Notes: generated from the letters alone by a model not told the origin. A DNA stretch of 64,000 nucleotides from Octopus bimaculoides (GCF_001194135.2 NC_068994.1:2759041-2823040); one strand, 5' to 3'. Shown: positions 26,175 to 40,128, counted from the stretch's first letter. A program made the numbers and translations.

Positions 26175-27142
26175 GGTAATCTTCAAGTTTAGGGGGTTAA
26201 AAAAAGTAAATAAAAATATTCAAGGGAAATAACTGAACGACTTACCATTATTATTCGTTTTCTTTTAGCTATTTATAAATAAGTCACACACGTGCTTTTT
26301 TTTTATTTTCTAAAACCTCATGCGACGGAATTTTTTCTTATAANNNNNNNNNNNNNNNNNNNNNNNNNNNNNNNNNNNNNNNNNNNNNNNNNNNNNNNNN
26401 NNNNNNNNNNNNNNNNNNNNNNNNNNNNNNNNNNNNNNNNNNNNNNNNNNNNNNNNNNNNNNNNNNNNNNNNNNNNNNNNNNNNNNNNNNNNNNNNNNNN
26501 NNNNNNNNNNNNNNNNNNNNNNNNNNNNNNNNNNNNNNNNNNNNNNNNNNNNNNNNNNNNNNNNNNNNNNNNNNNNNNNNNNNNNNNNNNNNNNNNNNNN
26601 NNNNNNNNNNNNNNNNNNNNNNNNNNNNNNNNNNNNNNNNNNNNNNNNNNNNNNNNNNNNNNNNNNNNNNNNNNNNNNNNNNNNNNNNNNNNNNNNNNNN
26701 NNNNNNNNNNNNNNNNNNNNNNNNNNNNNNNNNNNNNNNNNNNNNNNNNNNNNNNNNNNNNNNNNNNNNNNNNNNNNNNNNNNNNNNNNNNNNNNNNNNN
26801 NNNNNNNNNNNNNNNNNNNNNNNNNNNNNNNNNNNNNNNNNNNNNNNNNNNNNNNNNNNNNNNNNNNNNNNNNNNNNNNNNNNNNNNNNNNNNNNNNNNN
26901 NNNNNNNNNNNNNNNNNNNNNNNNNNNNNNNNNNNNNNNNNNNNNNNNNNNNNNNNNNNNNNNNNNNNNNNNNNNNNNNNNNNNNNNNNNNNNNNNNNNN
27001 NNNNNNNNNNNNNNNNNNNNNNNNNNNNNNNNNNNNNNNNNNNNNNNNNNNNNNNNNNNNNNNNNNNNNNNNNNNNNNNNNNNNNNNNNNNNNNNNNNNN
27101 NNNNNNNNNNNNNNNNNNNNNNNNCTAAACTTGAAGATTACC
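26175..27142. mobile_element. Mutator-like (MULE) non-autonomous insertion spanning the 26344-27124 gap
   Basis: TIR GGTAATCTTCAAGTTTAG / CTAAACTTGAAGATTACC; 9-bp flanks AAAAAACAG vs AAAAATCAG (8/9 match) as TSD. Confidence 0.7.
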
Positions 27143-30100
27143 AAAAATCAGATATTCAGACACTGAAAATTTATAATTTGAACTTCACTGGATGTGTAAA
27201 TTAACAAAGTACCTGTGTGCTTCTTTGGATCTGACTAAGCAGTCTTAACTCAGCAAATACGTGAACGCAAAAAAAAACACAAATTCACACTTTTCTTATG
27301 TCACGAACCATAATTAATGTGAATGGAATTCCTGACACGCAATCAATGCTCAAGTGACAACTTAATTGTTTTAATCGATGGGACTTTTAGGATATATTAC
27401 AAAATTATTTACCTGTTATTTCATGCGCTTACATTTACAAAATATAAGAAAAATGATTTCGATTAAAAACGTATATAAAATCAAATTGCTCATAAAAAGT
27501 ATTTGCTGTCCATGGACCACAGTTTGAAAACCCCTGATTTATACAATCAATTGAATATATAATGTAAAAATATTATGATTTAACATTGTTTTTATATCAG
27601 AATTAGCTTGGCCAGTGAAAGTAGCAAGTTTAGAAAGTCTAGAAATTGAAATACTAATCTGAAAACTGCCTAAAGCCAGCTTAAAGTTTAAGGTATTTAC
27701 AAAAGTAGAGAGTGATATATATCAACAATAAATTGTAGACAAATAATGTTAGTGTTTAATAGATGTGAGAACAGGAGTAAGTTGAACACGAGTCCATATG
27801 TAGATAGTATGAACTAAAAGAAAAATGTAAATCATAGAGTAATTCAGTATATAAATGTGTCCAGACAGCCATAATATTCTCTTTATTCAACACTGACATG
27901 TGAATCTAAACAGCCTTTTAGTTTATAAATTTCTTTCTTTCAAGTTCACTTTACACGTACATCATTGTAATCTTGCTTTATTCAAATGCAAGACTGCCTC
28001 TTTTACTTTACATGTCTCACTGCCATATGTAATATATTTCTCATGTGCATGATTCTTAGATATGGTGTAAAAAATATGAGCAGTTGTGACTTGGACATTA
28101 TGAACAGCTTTGATTGCTCACTAGATAACTTTTGTTTCCTAGGTGATATATGTAGAGCTGTTGCTACTTGTTTGTGAAGATGGTAGTGGTAGTTTGAAAG
28201 TAGGAAAGGATTTGAAGGCAATAAGAGCTTTAGGTAAGTGCTTACTATGTTGGCAACAAAGTACAAAAGACACTTGTGAGTTGGTACAGTTACTCTACAG
28301 CAAACTGCATATTTCATGGGTGAAGCAATGTAGAAAGACAAGATGCAGAGTAACTGAGAAAGCAAATGGATATTAAAAGAATTGGTGGATGTACATAGAA
28401 GAAACATTTATACTTATATGGATATGTAATGCTATCTGGAAGATGCATGTTGGAAAAATTGTCAGAGCTGTCGGTACATAATAAATCAGAGAAAAGGCTT
28501 GGGAAGAAATTCTTATATCAGATATGACAATATTGAACCTCAAAACTAAAACAGCAAAAGAGAAAGATGGCATATTGCTGTCAGTTGAGGTAGCAATGAA
28601 AACTAAATAGAAAACAGATTTGAAATGAAACTGTAAATGTGGATTATGCACACACATATGCATTAAATTACAGGGTACAAGAGGTATTTGAGGACATTAA
28701 GAAATTGAATAAAACAAATCTACTCTACTAAAAACTAAATATATTTAATAAAAATTTGTGCATATGTTCTTTAGAAAATTAGCAATTTCAAAATCACTGT
28801 GTTCTGCATATGTGGCAACAATAACTGAATGTCTTTTTCTTTCTTGTGTTAGCATTTTATCAGCTATGAGGGGATCTGAAAGAAATGAAAAACTTTTAAC
28901 TGGTTTGAAGAGATTAATTATACTGGTAATTGAGTGTCCTCAAATACTCCTCAACCCTGTATATCATATATTTAAATATATATATATATACACAATCATA
29001 CGCAAACACATTCATTATATTTTCATTATCCTCATCATTATTTTAACCTCTACTTTTCCATGCTTACAGAGGTCAGATGGTAATTATTCAGTCAGGTGCC
29101 CTTTCTGTTGCCAAACTTCATGTTTCCAAGCAAGGCAATAGTTTCCCATGGCCAGCTCTGTTTTCATGGAAGATTGGAAATGAAGTCCACAGTTTGTATG
29201 ACAGTGATGCTCATGTACAACTAACTATTGGATGATGTCAAAACAAAGAAACACAAACAAATATATATATGTGTGTGTGTGTACATATATATATATGTAT
29301 GTATGTGTATATATATATATATATATTAGTGTTTATGGAAAATAATAGAAAATACGGAATATAAAAAACAAAACAGATGAAGTAATAGTCTTAACTTTAC
29401 AGCTGTTTCAGATTTAGCATGATTACTGCCATAAAAATATCCTATAACTAGATGTATTGATGAATGGAATAACAGGAATTTTTATATATCCATGAGGCAA
29501 CTTTTGTGTGTTGTATGTGTGTGCACGTGCGTCTGTGTGTGTGTGTGTGTGTGCACACATGCACTTGTGTGTTTGTATGTATTTATGTATACATGATGAC
29601 ATTTATTGGATGAAAAATCTCCATAAGCTATCAGCAATAAAAGAAAACTAAAATAGATATAGTAAGAAGTAATAAGGTGAGATCTGAGGAGTCTAAGGCC
29701 CACAGAAACAATAATGTAAGATTAAAAGGTAGAGCAATATATGCCCCATTGCAGACTCAGGTACAGTAAACCAATAAAAATGATACCTACTTTGCTCATG
29801 TAAACTTTTTTAATGCAATCCACTTTTAGAGAGAGATAGAATAGGTGTGTATGTGAGTGAATAATTGGATGTGTGTATGAGACTATGTGAGTTGTTTTGA
29901 CAGCAATAAAAGATATGTGTAATTTTGATGTAACAGAAACATTCCCATTGAGTATATACCACTTTACCAGTCTTTGGAACAGAGATTTGTTATCTATGGT
30001 AGTCCATTGCATGTTGGCACAGATCAGCTGTAGATTAAATCAACCTAAGAACTTGACTGATATTTAATGCTATTTTTTTCCCAAAAGGATAGAAGGCAAA

Positions 30101-32154
30101 GCTTACCTTGTTATAGATTGAACTCAAAATATAAAGTGCCAGAATAAATACAAAAATAAGAACAAATTTTGCATGATATTTTAAAAATGCTGTCTGACCA
30201 CCAGCTTAATGAAGCTGATGATATAATCACCTTCCAATTTCTTGAATGATCACTTTTCTACACACACACATCTGTTATTTATGTGTGTGTGTGTGTGTAA
30301 GTATGTATGTTTATGTATAAGAACTAAACTGCAAAGAAAACTTTGGAATAGCAATAAATATTTATAAATTTGAACACTCTTATGCATAGAAAAGTGTTAA
30401 TATATGTGTATATTTGCAAATATTCATTGTGATTAAGGCAAATATTTTCGACCTTTTTTTTTAAATAAATAATCCTTTTCAACCCATGAAATTTTTGCTA
30501 AGTTTTCATAATATGAGGGAAATATTACATATATTTATATGGGCATACATATGTATATGTATTTATATATGTGTGTGTATTTGTTTTATATGTTGCTAAA
30601 CACTGTTTTCTTTTTATTAATATATTCTATATGAAATATGCTTTTCTATCATCAAGAATGCTTAGTTTTCATGGGTAGTTACACATGTTAGTATGCAAAT
30701 ATGAATATGTATCTTTGTCAGTTTGGGAGAGAGAGTGATTGTGTGTCTACATTCAAATAAATGCTATTATGTCCAAAAACCTGATATAATAGGCATAAAC
30801 TGAAGCTAAATGTCAAAAATCTCTAAAGAAACAAATTTTCTAAGTGAGGATTTTCACAATATATATGACTTAGGGTGAAGACAAAGCAGATATGACAATA
30901 AATGGAAATTGTTTTCTAAGCTGACAGTTTCTATTGACATTTATTATGAAAGTATATTTTATATCTCACTCTCATAAATGCATTCTCTCTAACAACAATA
31001 TACCATTACAGGAAAACATCCTGTATTAGAATATAATACCACAGAGAAATCTCTTTGAAAATGTTCTTATTCCTTTCATTTCTCAGTTTCTAAAATTCTT
31101 TTAAGTTCCAAAGACATATATTCTTTCTACATCTTAATATCTTCATGAAAATGTCTACACTTAGAGTTCTCTTTATATTTGAACTATCATTTTCTATTCT
31201 TGGCTATATCCATTAACATGGTTAATCTCTATTTCACAGCTTAGCCTTTCAATACCCTGCAGTATTCTATCATGTAGCAATGTTAGCATTCCATTAACTC
31301 AGTATTTCCCGTGGCTATTTTTCATTAAACTAGCCACATAATCTCAGTTCAGAAACAGAATAAAGAAAAATATACTGAATATATTTTGACAGGCAAACGT
31401 AACTATATACACAGATTTAGTTGTTTATTTTCTGTATAATGTTGTTTAAATATTTTTTTTAATAATATTTTTGTCAGCTATCATAAATATTAATATATAT
31501 TATTTCTCAATTTTTCTATACTGTTTTACACTTACATATTAGATATATGATAGTATTTATAAAAATGTATGTTCATATTATCAATAATGTTGAAAGTTTT
31601 CATACAATATTCATATTTTAAATATATATACTTATATAAATGCACACACTTACACATATGCATGCATATTAAATAGCAAGGAAAACAGTAGATTAATTTA
31701 ATCATTTCATTCTTCATGTAATTTCAGTAATACTTTAGTAATAGCTATTATACATTTAATTATTTAAGAGTCATTATAGGTATTATATCCTCTGAAGACA
31801 TATAAACTAAATGTTTAATAACTATCACTAAGTATTATTAAAATATTACTGAAATGGATATAAAGAATGAAATAAATTAATTGGTTACTTTATTTGTTAT
31901 AGAATCAATGCATTTTTACTCTATGGTTCAATAGAGCCACATGTATGAAAACATTCTTGTGAGCACATGTGTTTGAGTGTATTGAAATATACTGAGTTTT
32001 AAACAAAGCATGAATAAAAATTAAGTAGGAAGAAATATGAATTTTCTGACATTTACCAAGCAGGTAAGACTTATGACTAATAAGAAGATAATTACTATCA
32101 TCATTAAAGGGAAATGTACTATGTTGTTGCTGTTATTGTTATTATTATTACTAT

Positions 32155-32600
32155 TAAGGCAGTGAGCTAGTAGAATCATTAGCATGCTGGTAAAATGCTG
32201 AGAAGTATTTCGTCTGTCTTTACATTCTGAGTTCAAATTCCACCAAGGTCAACTTTGGTCTTCATCCTTTTGGGGTTGATAAATTAAGTACCAGTGAAAC
32301 ACTGGTTTGTTGTAATTAACTAGTCCCCTCCCGCAAAATTGGGGAAAGGAGAAAAAGAAAAAAAATGTGCCTATAGAGGAAAGGATTATTATCATTATTA
32401 AGATGGTGAGCTAGCAGAATCCTTAGCATGCTGGGTAAAATGCTTAGTGGCATTTTGTTTGTTTTTTTACATTCTGAATTCAAACTCTGAGGTTGACTTT
32501 GTCTTTCATCCTTACAAGGTTGATGAAATAAGTACCAGCTGAGCACTGGGGTCAATGTAATCGACTTGGTCCCTCTCCAAAATTGCTGGCCCTTCTTAAC
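32155..32600 (+). mobile_element. Two tandem copies of an abundant tRNA-derived SINE
   Basis: GGTGAGCTAGCAGAATC.TTAGCATGCTGG...TTCTGAGTTCAAATTC...CTTCATCCTT...AAGTACCAG...AAAATTG..GGCC. Confidence 0.8.
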
Positions 32601-33199
32601 ACCAGCCACTCCACTCTATAGAGTGAGAGAGAGAGAAGATAAGAAAGCAAGAGGGAGAGGAATAGAGAGAGAAAGAGAGGTACAAGAAAGAGGACAGAAA
32701 TAGGTGTGCTGATGTAAAGGAGATACTTGGTTACCTAGTCAGACAGAAAAGCAAAAGGAGAGAGAGAGAGTGATCAAGAATGAGGACAGAAACAGATGTG
32801 CTGCTGTAAAGGAGACACATGGCTACTCAACCAGAAGGAAGAGCAAGCAAAAAAAGAGACAGTGGGAAACAGCAAAAGTGCAAGAGAGAACAGGAGAGAG
32901 ATTGTGTGAAGTGCCAGGGTGTACTCACAAGTAACAAGGATCAGAGAATAAATGAGATGAAAGAATAAGGAAGAGAGAGATAAATGGTGGTAATTGCCAG
33001 GGCATGCCCTCAAGATACAGAGGTCATAATATATGCAACCTGGTGTTGCTAAGAAGGCATGAGTAGGGATTGCAGTAGCTGGTGAAAACCTGGGTGTAAA
33101 GATGAGGTGGGGAAAAGCAGTAATACAGCGAGCAAGGCAGTAAGGGCAGGGAAAAGGAGTGGGAGACAATCATATACACTATGTATATGACTTGAAGAA

Positions 33200-33770
33200 G
33201 AAATGTGAGGAAGAGAAAGATGCAGTTTAGAAGAGATGTTGTTCAGTTTCTTGGGGTAGGATGTGTGAAAAGTTTATTGTTACATGTGGGTGGGACACAA
33301 CACTTCTAGCACTCAGATGTGGGTGGGTCTTCTCTAGAACCTCATATGGTCAGACATCTCGGTCCATTGTCATTTCCTCCGTGAACCCTAACATCCTGAG
33401 ATTGGTTCTCATCATTTCATCTCATGTTTTCTTGGATCCCCTTCTTCCACAGGTACCATCCACTGTCAGTGACAGGTACTTCTGTATACAGCTTGTCTTT
33501 ACTCATACGCATCACATGTCCAAACCAATGCATTCTCCTCTCCAGCATGCCACATTTAATTCCTCTTATACCTAAGTCTCAACACAGTTGCATTTTGTTG
33601 ATCATGCACACTAATGCTGCAAATCCAATGATGCATACTACCTTCATTCCTCTTCAGTCTATGCATGTCCTCTGTATTCAGAGCCCATGTTTCACTACCA
33701 TGAAGTACAAAGTGTATTCTATATGGAGAATATCTGTCTCTCATCTCTCTATATATACATATACCAGACA
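33200..33770 (-). mobile_element. RTE LINE ORF2 3' fragment
   Basis: VLHGSETWALNTEDMHRLKRNEGSMHHWICSISVHDQQ (ORF 33556-33771), homologous to the 53117-53386 region. Confidence 0.8.
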
Positions 33771-35269
33771 AAGCATTATGAGAACTGAGGCATCCCAGAC
33801 AACAATTATGGAAAAAAAAGTAGCATGACAGATTTTGATTATAGGGACCATCTCAAAACATTTCTCTCTAATGTCACCATAAAACTACATTATTTGCATA
33901 ATGTGGAGATGATACCACCCACGCTGCTCAAGCAATCTTAACATCAAGTTTACAATTCATCTACAGCTGGGACCCTGTGGCATATGCCCTCTACATGAAT
34001 CAAGTTCATAACACTTAACTAGCAAATCAATGAGATTTAAATTTCTCAGCAAGAATTTTTGATATTTTCAAATTTATTATGACAGTCTAAAATAACTCAA
34101 AAAATTTTGATATTGATGTATTTTATAATCTCATTACTTTCATTTGCTTGTTGACTTGAAGATACACAAGGACCTTTTGTAAGGAGAAAAGTAATTCCAG
34201 TTCATTTGACTTATAAGGATTCAGATTATCAACAATAAAAGAATGGAGGACAAAATGAACTTTTAGGGGAATAGAACTTAGAAACTTAATTATATAAAGC
34301 ATTTAAACTATTTCTGTGGTAATCGACTTCAGCTCTAATTATTAAAATAAATATTATAAATAGAAAGAACTGAAGTATTTTGTAAAAGAATAGGAAGTAT
34401 TTGTTGCAAAACCTATAAAAGAATTGGAAATTTTGTAGAATCTATAAAACTCAAATTAGATGAAAACTTAACAACTTGACTGTTATTTACAAAAGTGCAC
34501 TTCCATTTGTAGATTTCACATGAAAGTGAGCAATCTTGTAAGCTGTGAGCATGATACTTGGTGACTATCAATTTAAAATTATGACCTGGGGTCATAATCC
34601 AGCTGCATTTTTCAAATTAATGTCAGATGAAATATTTGGGAAGAGTATGAATCAAGAAAGATTGTTTCATGTTACAATACCAGACAATAAATTGTTTGAA
34701 TTCATGTGGAGTTAAATAAAACTTTGGAATTGCTTCTAATAGGATGAAAGCAGTCAGCTCTGCTATGCAAAACCAGTTTTCTAAGGGACAAAACGACAAT
34801 TTTGAAGTCTAAAATCAGACTGGAGGGAATTGTGTATCAGAGAAGACTATTCGGATTTATAGGATTTAATCAAAAGCACAGAACACTCTTTATGTGGAAG
34901 AGTGAAAGAAAGTGTGTCCATTTGTATGCATTTCTCTTTTGTGTGTAGAGAGTATATGGATATGAAAATGCATGTGTTTGTGGAGACAAATACACATGTA
35001 TAAATGTGTGCATGTATATGAATGTGATGTAAATGCACCTTCACAATCTGATTTTACTGACTCACTGTATAAATTGCAGTAAAAAAAAAATTAATATGTC
35101 TTCATCTTTATATTAATGAAATAACAGTAAGATTTATTAATAATGAAGCTTTGAAGAAATGAGAGATAGAAAATTAGGTTCTTTGCCATAGAAAGTTAAT
35201 CAATCTCATTAAAACGTTGCCTCTTATCTTTCTTCCACAGTAGCAACATCAATAATAATAATAATTCTT

Positions 35270-35880
35270 TATACTATAGGCACAAGGCCTGAAATTTTGG
35301 GAGAAGGAGCTAGTCAGTTACATTGACCCCAGTATTTGACTGGTACATATTCTATCAATCCCAAAAGGGTGAAAGACAAAATCAACCTCAGTGGAATTTG
35401 AACTCAGAATATAAAGATGGGCAAGCTGGCAGAAACGTTTGCATGCCGGGTGAAATGCTTAGCAGTATTTCATCTGTCTTTACGTTCTGAGTTCAAATTC
35501 TGTCGAGGTTGACTTTGCCTTTCATCCTTTCAGGGTTGATAAATTAAGTACTAGTTGCATACTGACGTCAATCTAATCGACTGGCAACCTCCCCAAACGT
35601 TTTAGGCCTTGTGCCTAAAGTAAAAAAGAATATAAAGATGGACAAAATGCTTAGCAGCATTTTGTCTGGAATGCTAATGATCTTGCCAGCTTGCTATCCT
35701 ATTAATAATAATAATAATAATGTTTCAATTCTGGTGCAAGGTCACATATTTTAGGGAGCAAATTAATTGAGTGGCTCAACAATAGTGCATGACTGGTACA
35801 TAGTGACTTGGGAAGGATGAAAAGTAAGTGTAACCTCATTAGAATTAAAGCTCAGAATATGAAAGCCAATGAGCTGAAAT
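35270..35880. mobile_element. SINE cluster: minus copy 35270-35415, plus copy 35420-35630, degenerate minus copy 35700-35880
   Basis: Same SINE motifs as 32155-32600 in both orientations. Confidence 0.75.
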
Positions 35881-35989
35881 TACAAATACTCTGGCCATCC
35901 TAATATTAATAATGATAACGATAATGACAATGAGTCATTTTAGTAACACCACTGCCACCACCACCACCATAAAAAGAAACCAAAACAGA

Positions 35990-36560
35990 AGATAAGCAGA
36001 TATGTGAACAGAAGTAAGCAGTTCAAGGAGAAGAGATCATTCAAAAATAATCCAAAGCAATTCTTCTGTGCTTTGGAAGAAGTGAATAGGGAGGATGTTG
36101 TTCCTAATGCTGACCAGGCCAAAGAATTCTGGAATGAGATATGGGGAAACACTGTGATGCATAGAAGAGATGCCAAATGGATAGAATCGATCAAGACAGA
36201 ATTGCAAAGAGGAAATAGACAAAGATATATTGCCATATGCACACAACCAATGTCGGGTATCAAACTGGAATGCTCCTGGTCCAGATGGGATCCATAGCTT
36301 TTGGTTGAAGAGGTGCAATATAGTTCATGAAAGACTGGCAACTCAATTGAATGAATGTGTCTAGCAAGGTGAAGTTCCCTCATGGCTGGTAATGAGAAAG
36401 ACAACACTTGTAATGAAAGATAAAAGGGAAATTACCATCCCATTGTATGCCTCAACATCATATAGAAGGTACTTAATGAAATATTTGTGGAGAAGGCAAA
36501 TACTTTTCTTTCCATATGTTAGTTTAAAGATGAATAGCAGTGGCTATAACTGAAGCCTGA
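35990..36560 (+). mobile_element. R4/Dong-type (RLE) non-LTR retrotransposon fragment, RT-proximal
   Basis: FKNNPKQFF...EFWNEIWG...DAKWIE followed by frameshifted NWNAPGPDGIHSFWLK and HERLATQLN motifs. Confidence 0.75.
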
Positions 36561-37752
36561 ACCTTCAAGGATGATCAAATTGATGTGGCTATTCTGTTAA
36601 AATTCTCATACGTTGATGAGAAGAATTTCAAAAGGTTGAGGTTCGAGGAATAAGAGTTTAGTCAAAGCATTTACTTCAGTGTTTGGATGGAAGGATAGGG
36701 ATGAGGAGAATGTGAGAGGTAACAAAAACTGATGGGTTGCAATTGATATCTTATATGCTCAGAACTAACACTAAGAGAAGAGATAGAGGAAAGAAGCAAC
36801 ATTTTGCTTGGCAAATGTGTATAGGACTCTCATGAAAGAAAGTTAGCCAGTTAGATATTCATTTATTTTTCAATATGATGCATGACTTTTTTTGGATTTG
36901 ACTTAGGTTGTTTTTAAGCAGCATAATCCAAGTTATGAGAGATCTATTCCTATATGGCTCACACTAGAGCTTTGTAAAGCTAAAGTATTTTTAGTCCTAC
37001 AGTTGACACTTTATCTTTTGTGACATAGTTTAAGCATTGTAATATATGTGAGGTTGCAATGAAAGATTATGAGGCTTGCATTTGTAGCAACTTTGAAATT
37101 TTAATTTGCACGTTGTTCTCATGAGTAGAGAGGATGAAGTACAGCTCTGTCTTTAATATTTGTAGCAACTGTTTCTTTATATTGTTGAAAGAAACTAGGA
37201 TATCATATCCCTCAGTGGAATATGTTTCCAAGCTCTATATTCATCACAGCAGTGCATGTCAAATGTAAAGTGTTTTGTTTGCATGATAATTATGCTCATG
37301 TGGAAAAGATTATCAAAAATGAAGGCTGTCATCATCTGTAAAGGAGTGTTTTCAGCAACAGTTAACATATGTGGGTTAGGTCTATTGAGATTATGTGTTA
37401 ACCTTTATTGCTAATACCAAGAGAGAAAAGTGAGCAGTGGGAAGAATGGATTCTAAATAATTAAAAGAATCATCTTTTGCAAAAAGGAATATAGTAAATT
37501 TCTTGAATGTCAGATAGAGATGGAGATTGAAATATGTCTAACTTAGAGACAAATAGAAAACAAAGAAGTTTTGTGAACAAAAGATTAAATTACATAAGGA
37601 AAGCTTTAGGAATACAATGAAATGAATGTGCATTGAATAAAACAGTAATTCTTGTCATGGTGTGATTTTTAATACTCTTATTTTCTTTCTTTACAGAGCA
37701 ACTCACTAAATACTTCACATGCTTTACTCCTATAACTGTGATTCCAAGCAAT

Positions 37753-40128
37753 ATGTTGTTATCCATATACATATTTTTAATCTTACTGCACTGTTGTCAA
37801 TGTGTAGATCTCATCTATCATGTACAAGAAGAAAAAGGTGCAAACACCTTCGTTGGAGATATTGCAAGTGACTCACAATTGTTTGCTAGTTTCTCATCTC
37901 AGGATTATGGACACATTACTTTTACTCAACTCAAACGCCGGCAGTCTAGTAGCTCTCTTCTGTTCAATGTTACTAAGAGTGGGAAATTATACACAGCCCA
38001 ACGGTTAGATGCTGACTCTCTTTGTACATATAACAAAGAATGTTCAAAAATTGTCAAAGTTGCAGTAAGGCAAGCAGAAACATTTATAAAAGTATTGAAA
38101 ATCAAAGTGATAATTGAAGATATCAATGATCATCAACCTGTATTTTCTGACAAGCAAATTGATCTTCAGTTTTATGAGACAGATGGGAAAGGGACAAAGA
38201 AATCAGCGCCAAGTGCCATAGATGGAGACATGGGAGCTTTAAATTCCAAAATTAACTATAGACTAAAAAATAATGTAAATCAGACATTTTCATTATTTGT
38301 TTCCAAAAGAGTTGATGGTGTATCAACATTGGAAATTATCTTAGAAAAAAAACTTGATCGAGAGATCAAAGATCTATATTTAGTGCAAGTTGTTGCTCAA
38401 GATGGAGGTTCTCCACCACATCAGTGTATTCTAAATGTTCAAATTTCTGTTATTGATGAAAATGATAATCGACCTGTTTTCTTTCAAAATATGTACAATG
38501 TTTCAGTGAAAAACACTCATTCAAGAATGAGGCCTGTTGTAATATTATCAGCAAAGGATAAAGATTCAGGTGAAAATAGTCATGTTTCATATTACTTTAG
38601 TCCCAAGACATCAGCAATTGCAAGAGACCATTTTAGGATCAATAAAGAAACAGGAGAAATTTTCCTTGATAAAACATCAAAGTTAAGTGAGAAAATGAAT
38701 TTTAAGTTATTTATTGAAGCCAGAGATGGAGGTAGTCCACCTTTGAGTTCAATTGCAACAGTTATAGTGAGTGTCTTGAATCAAGAAAATAATGCCCCAA
38801 CTATAGATGTAGATTTTGTTTCTGTATTAACTGAAAACACTACAAAAATAGTTGAAAGTACCAAAGTTGGTAGTTTCATAGCATATGTTATGGTTACAGA
38901 CAATGATGTTGGACACAATGGAGAAGTCACATGTGACCTTAAACATGAAAAATTTAAACTTTCTGCAATTAGTTCAAAAGAATACAAGGTTATTTTAAAA
39001 GAGCGTGTTGATAGAGAAATTGAGGATCATTATATAATTACAATAAAATGCCAAGACCATGGATTCCCACCATTGCAGAGAGAAAGAAAATTTTCCCTTC
39101 AGTTGATCGATGTCAATGATGTACAGCCAATGTTTACTAAAGACACATTCAAATTTTTGACCTATGAAAATGAAAAACCATCATTTCCAGTTGGATTTGT
39201 TAATGCCACTGACCCAGATTTAGGGCTAGGAGGCAAATTGTCATATGCTTTATTTGATAAAAACCAATTTGATATTCCTTTCAAAATAACAGACAATGGA
39301 TTTATTTCAACTAGAAAATCTCTTGACCGTGAACAAAACAGCATTTATAAATTTCAAGTTTTAGTCAGAGACAATGGAAGTCCATCACTTAATAATACAG
39401 CTAACGTTATTGTTGAAATTATGGATGAAAATGATAATGCTCCTTATTTCACCTTTCCTAGTGTTAGCCCCTTTAGTTTGGATCTTCATTACCATCCACA
39501 GAGTGACACTGAAATCACTGTTCTGAGAGCATCAGACAGAGATAGCCATGTAAATGCTTTCCTTACCTATGAATTAATTGGAGGTAATGATAAACGATTA
39601 TTTATGATTAATGCTCATTCAGGTATTTTATCTTTTTCTCGAGCAGTTTATCAAAATGATGCAGGGTCATATGAACTTCAATTTATAGTTAAAGACAGTG
39701 GAAATCCAGTTCTATCAGCAACAGCCATTTTGTCCTTAACATTGACAGTCAGTAATAAAACATCAACAATGTTAACAGCTGTCCAGATTCAATCCAGTGA
39801 TATGATTGATGTAAACTTAGTTATAATTATTGTTGTTGTAGCAGTGGTGCTGTCTATTGCCATTGTGATATTCATTACAACATGCATTGTTAAATACAAC
39901 TACCCCAGAAATGCTAACCATGGCACAGATGTAAATACTTCATACCAGTCAAGAAGTGAAATGCGAAATCTCATTTATCAAACTAACAATCGAGTTTCAA
40001 TGACAAGAGGCCAAAATGAAGGCATGAGTCCAAATACTCCATCAATGAGATCAAGGGGTCAATTTTATCCAGAAATCGAATCTCAGAAACCTTCCACTAT
40101 GATCAGAACACTTTCAAAGTCTTCACAA
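37753..40128 (+). CDS. PCDH: Protocadherin 1 of window, large coding exon: signal peptide, EC1-EC6, TM helix (~39817-39891), proximal cytoplasmic tail
   Basis: Uninterrupted ORF; hydrophobic signal MLLSIYIFLILLHCCQC after ATG 37753; linkers DINDHQP, DENDNRP, QENNAP, DVNDVQP, DENDNAP; LDRE/DxD/DGG motifs; EC1 C-X5-C; acceptor TTTCTTTCTTTACAG ends 37696; donor CAA|GTAAGT at 40128/40129 (phase 0). Family-level symbol only. Confidence 0.97.

Larger units (their letters stand above)
23066..27536 (-). mobile_element. hAT superfamily, Buster/Charlie-type DNA transposon (~2.55 kb after removing two nested insertions); transposase disrupted
   Basis: 16-bp TIRs CAGGGGTTTTCAAACT (23066) / AGTTTGAAAACCCCTG (27536); transposase from ATG ~26031 to ~23290 with BED-like PQCLLC..KMQRHL..LH, LQLDES, TDGAASM, CTIHRE, TEVRWLSRG, LADIFNKLNELNLSLQG and YLCEAGFS; frameshifts present. 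Confidence 0.92.

Noticed and set aside
37738-37752. GTG start of the 807-aa ORF and its read-through end (40129-40161)
   Set aside because: Eukaryotic gene: ATG 37753 begins the signal peptide, and the GTAAGT donor at 40129 makes VSSLLSLSLF intronic.
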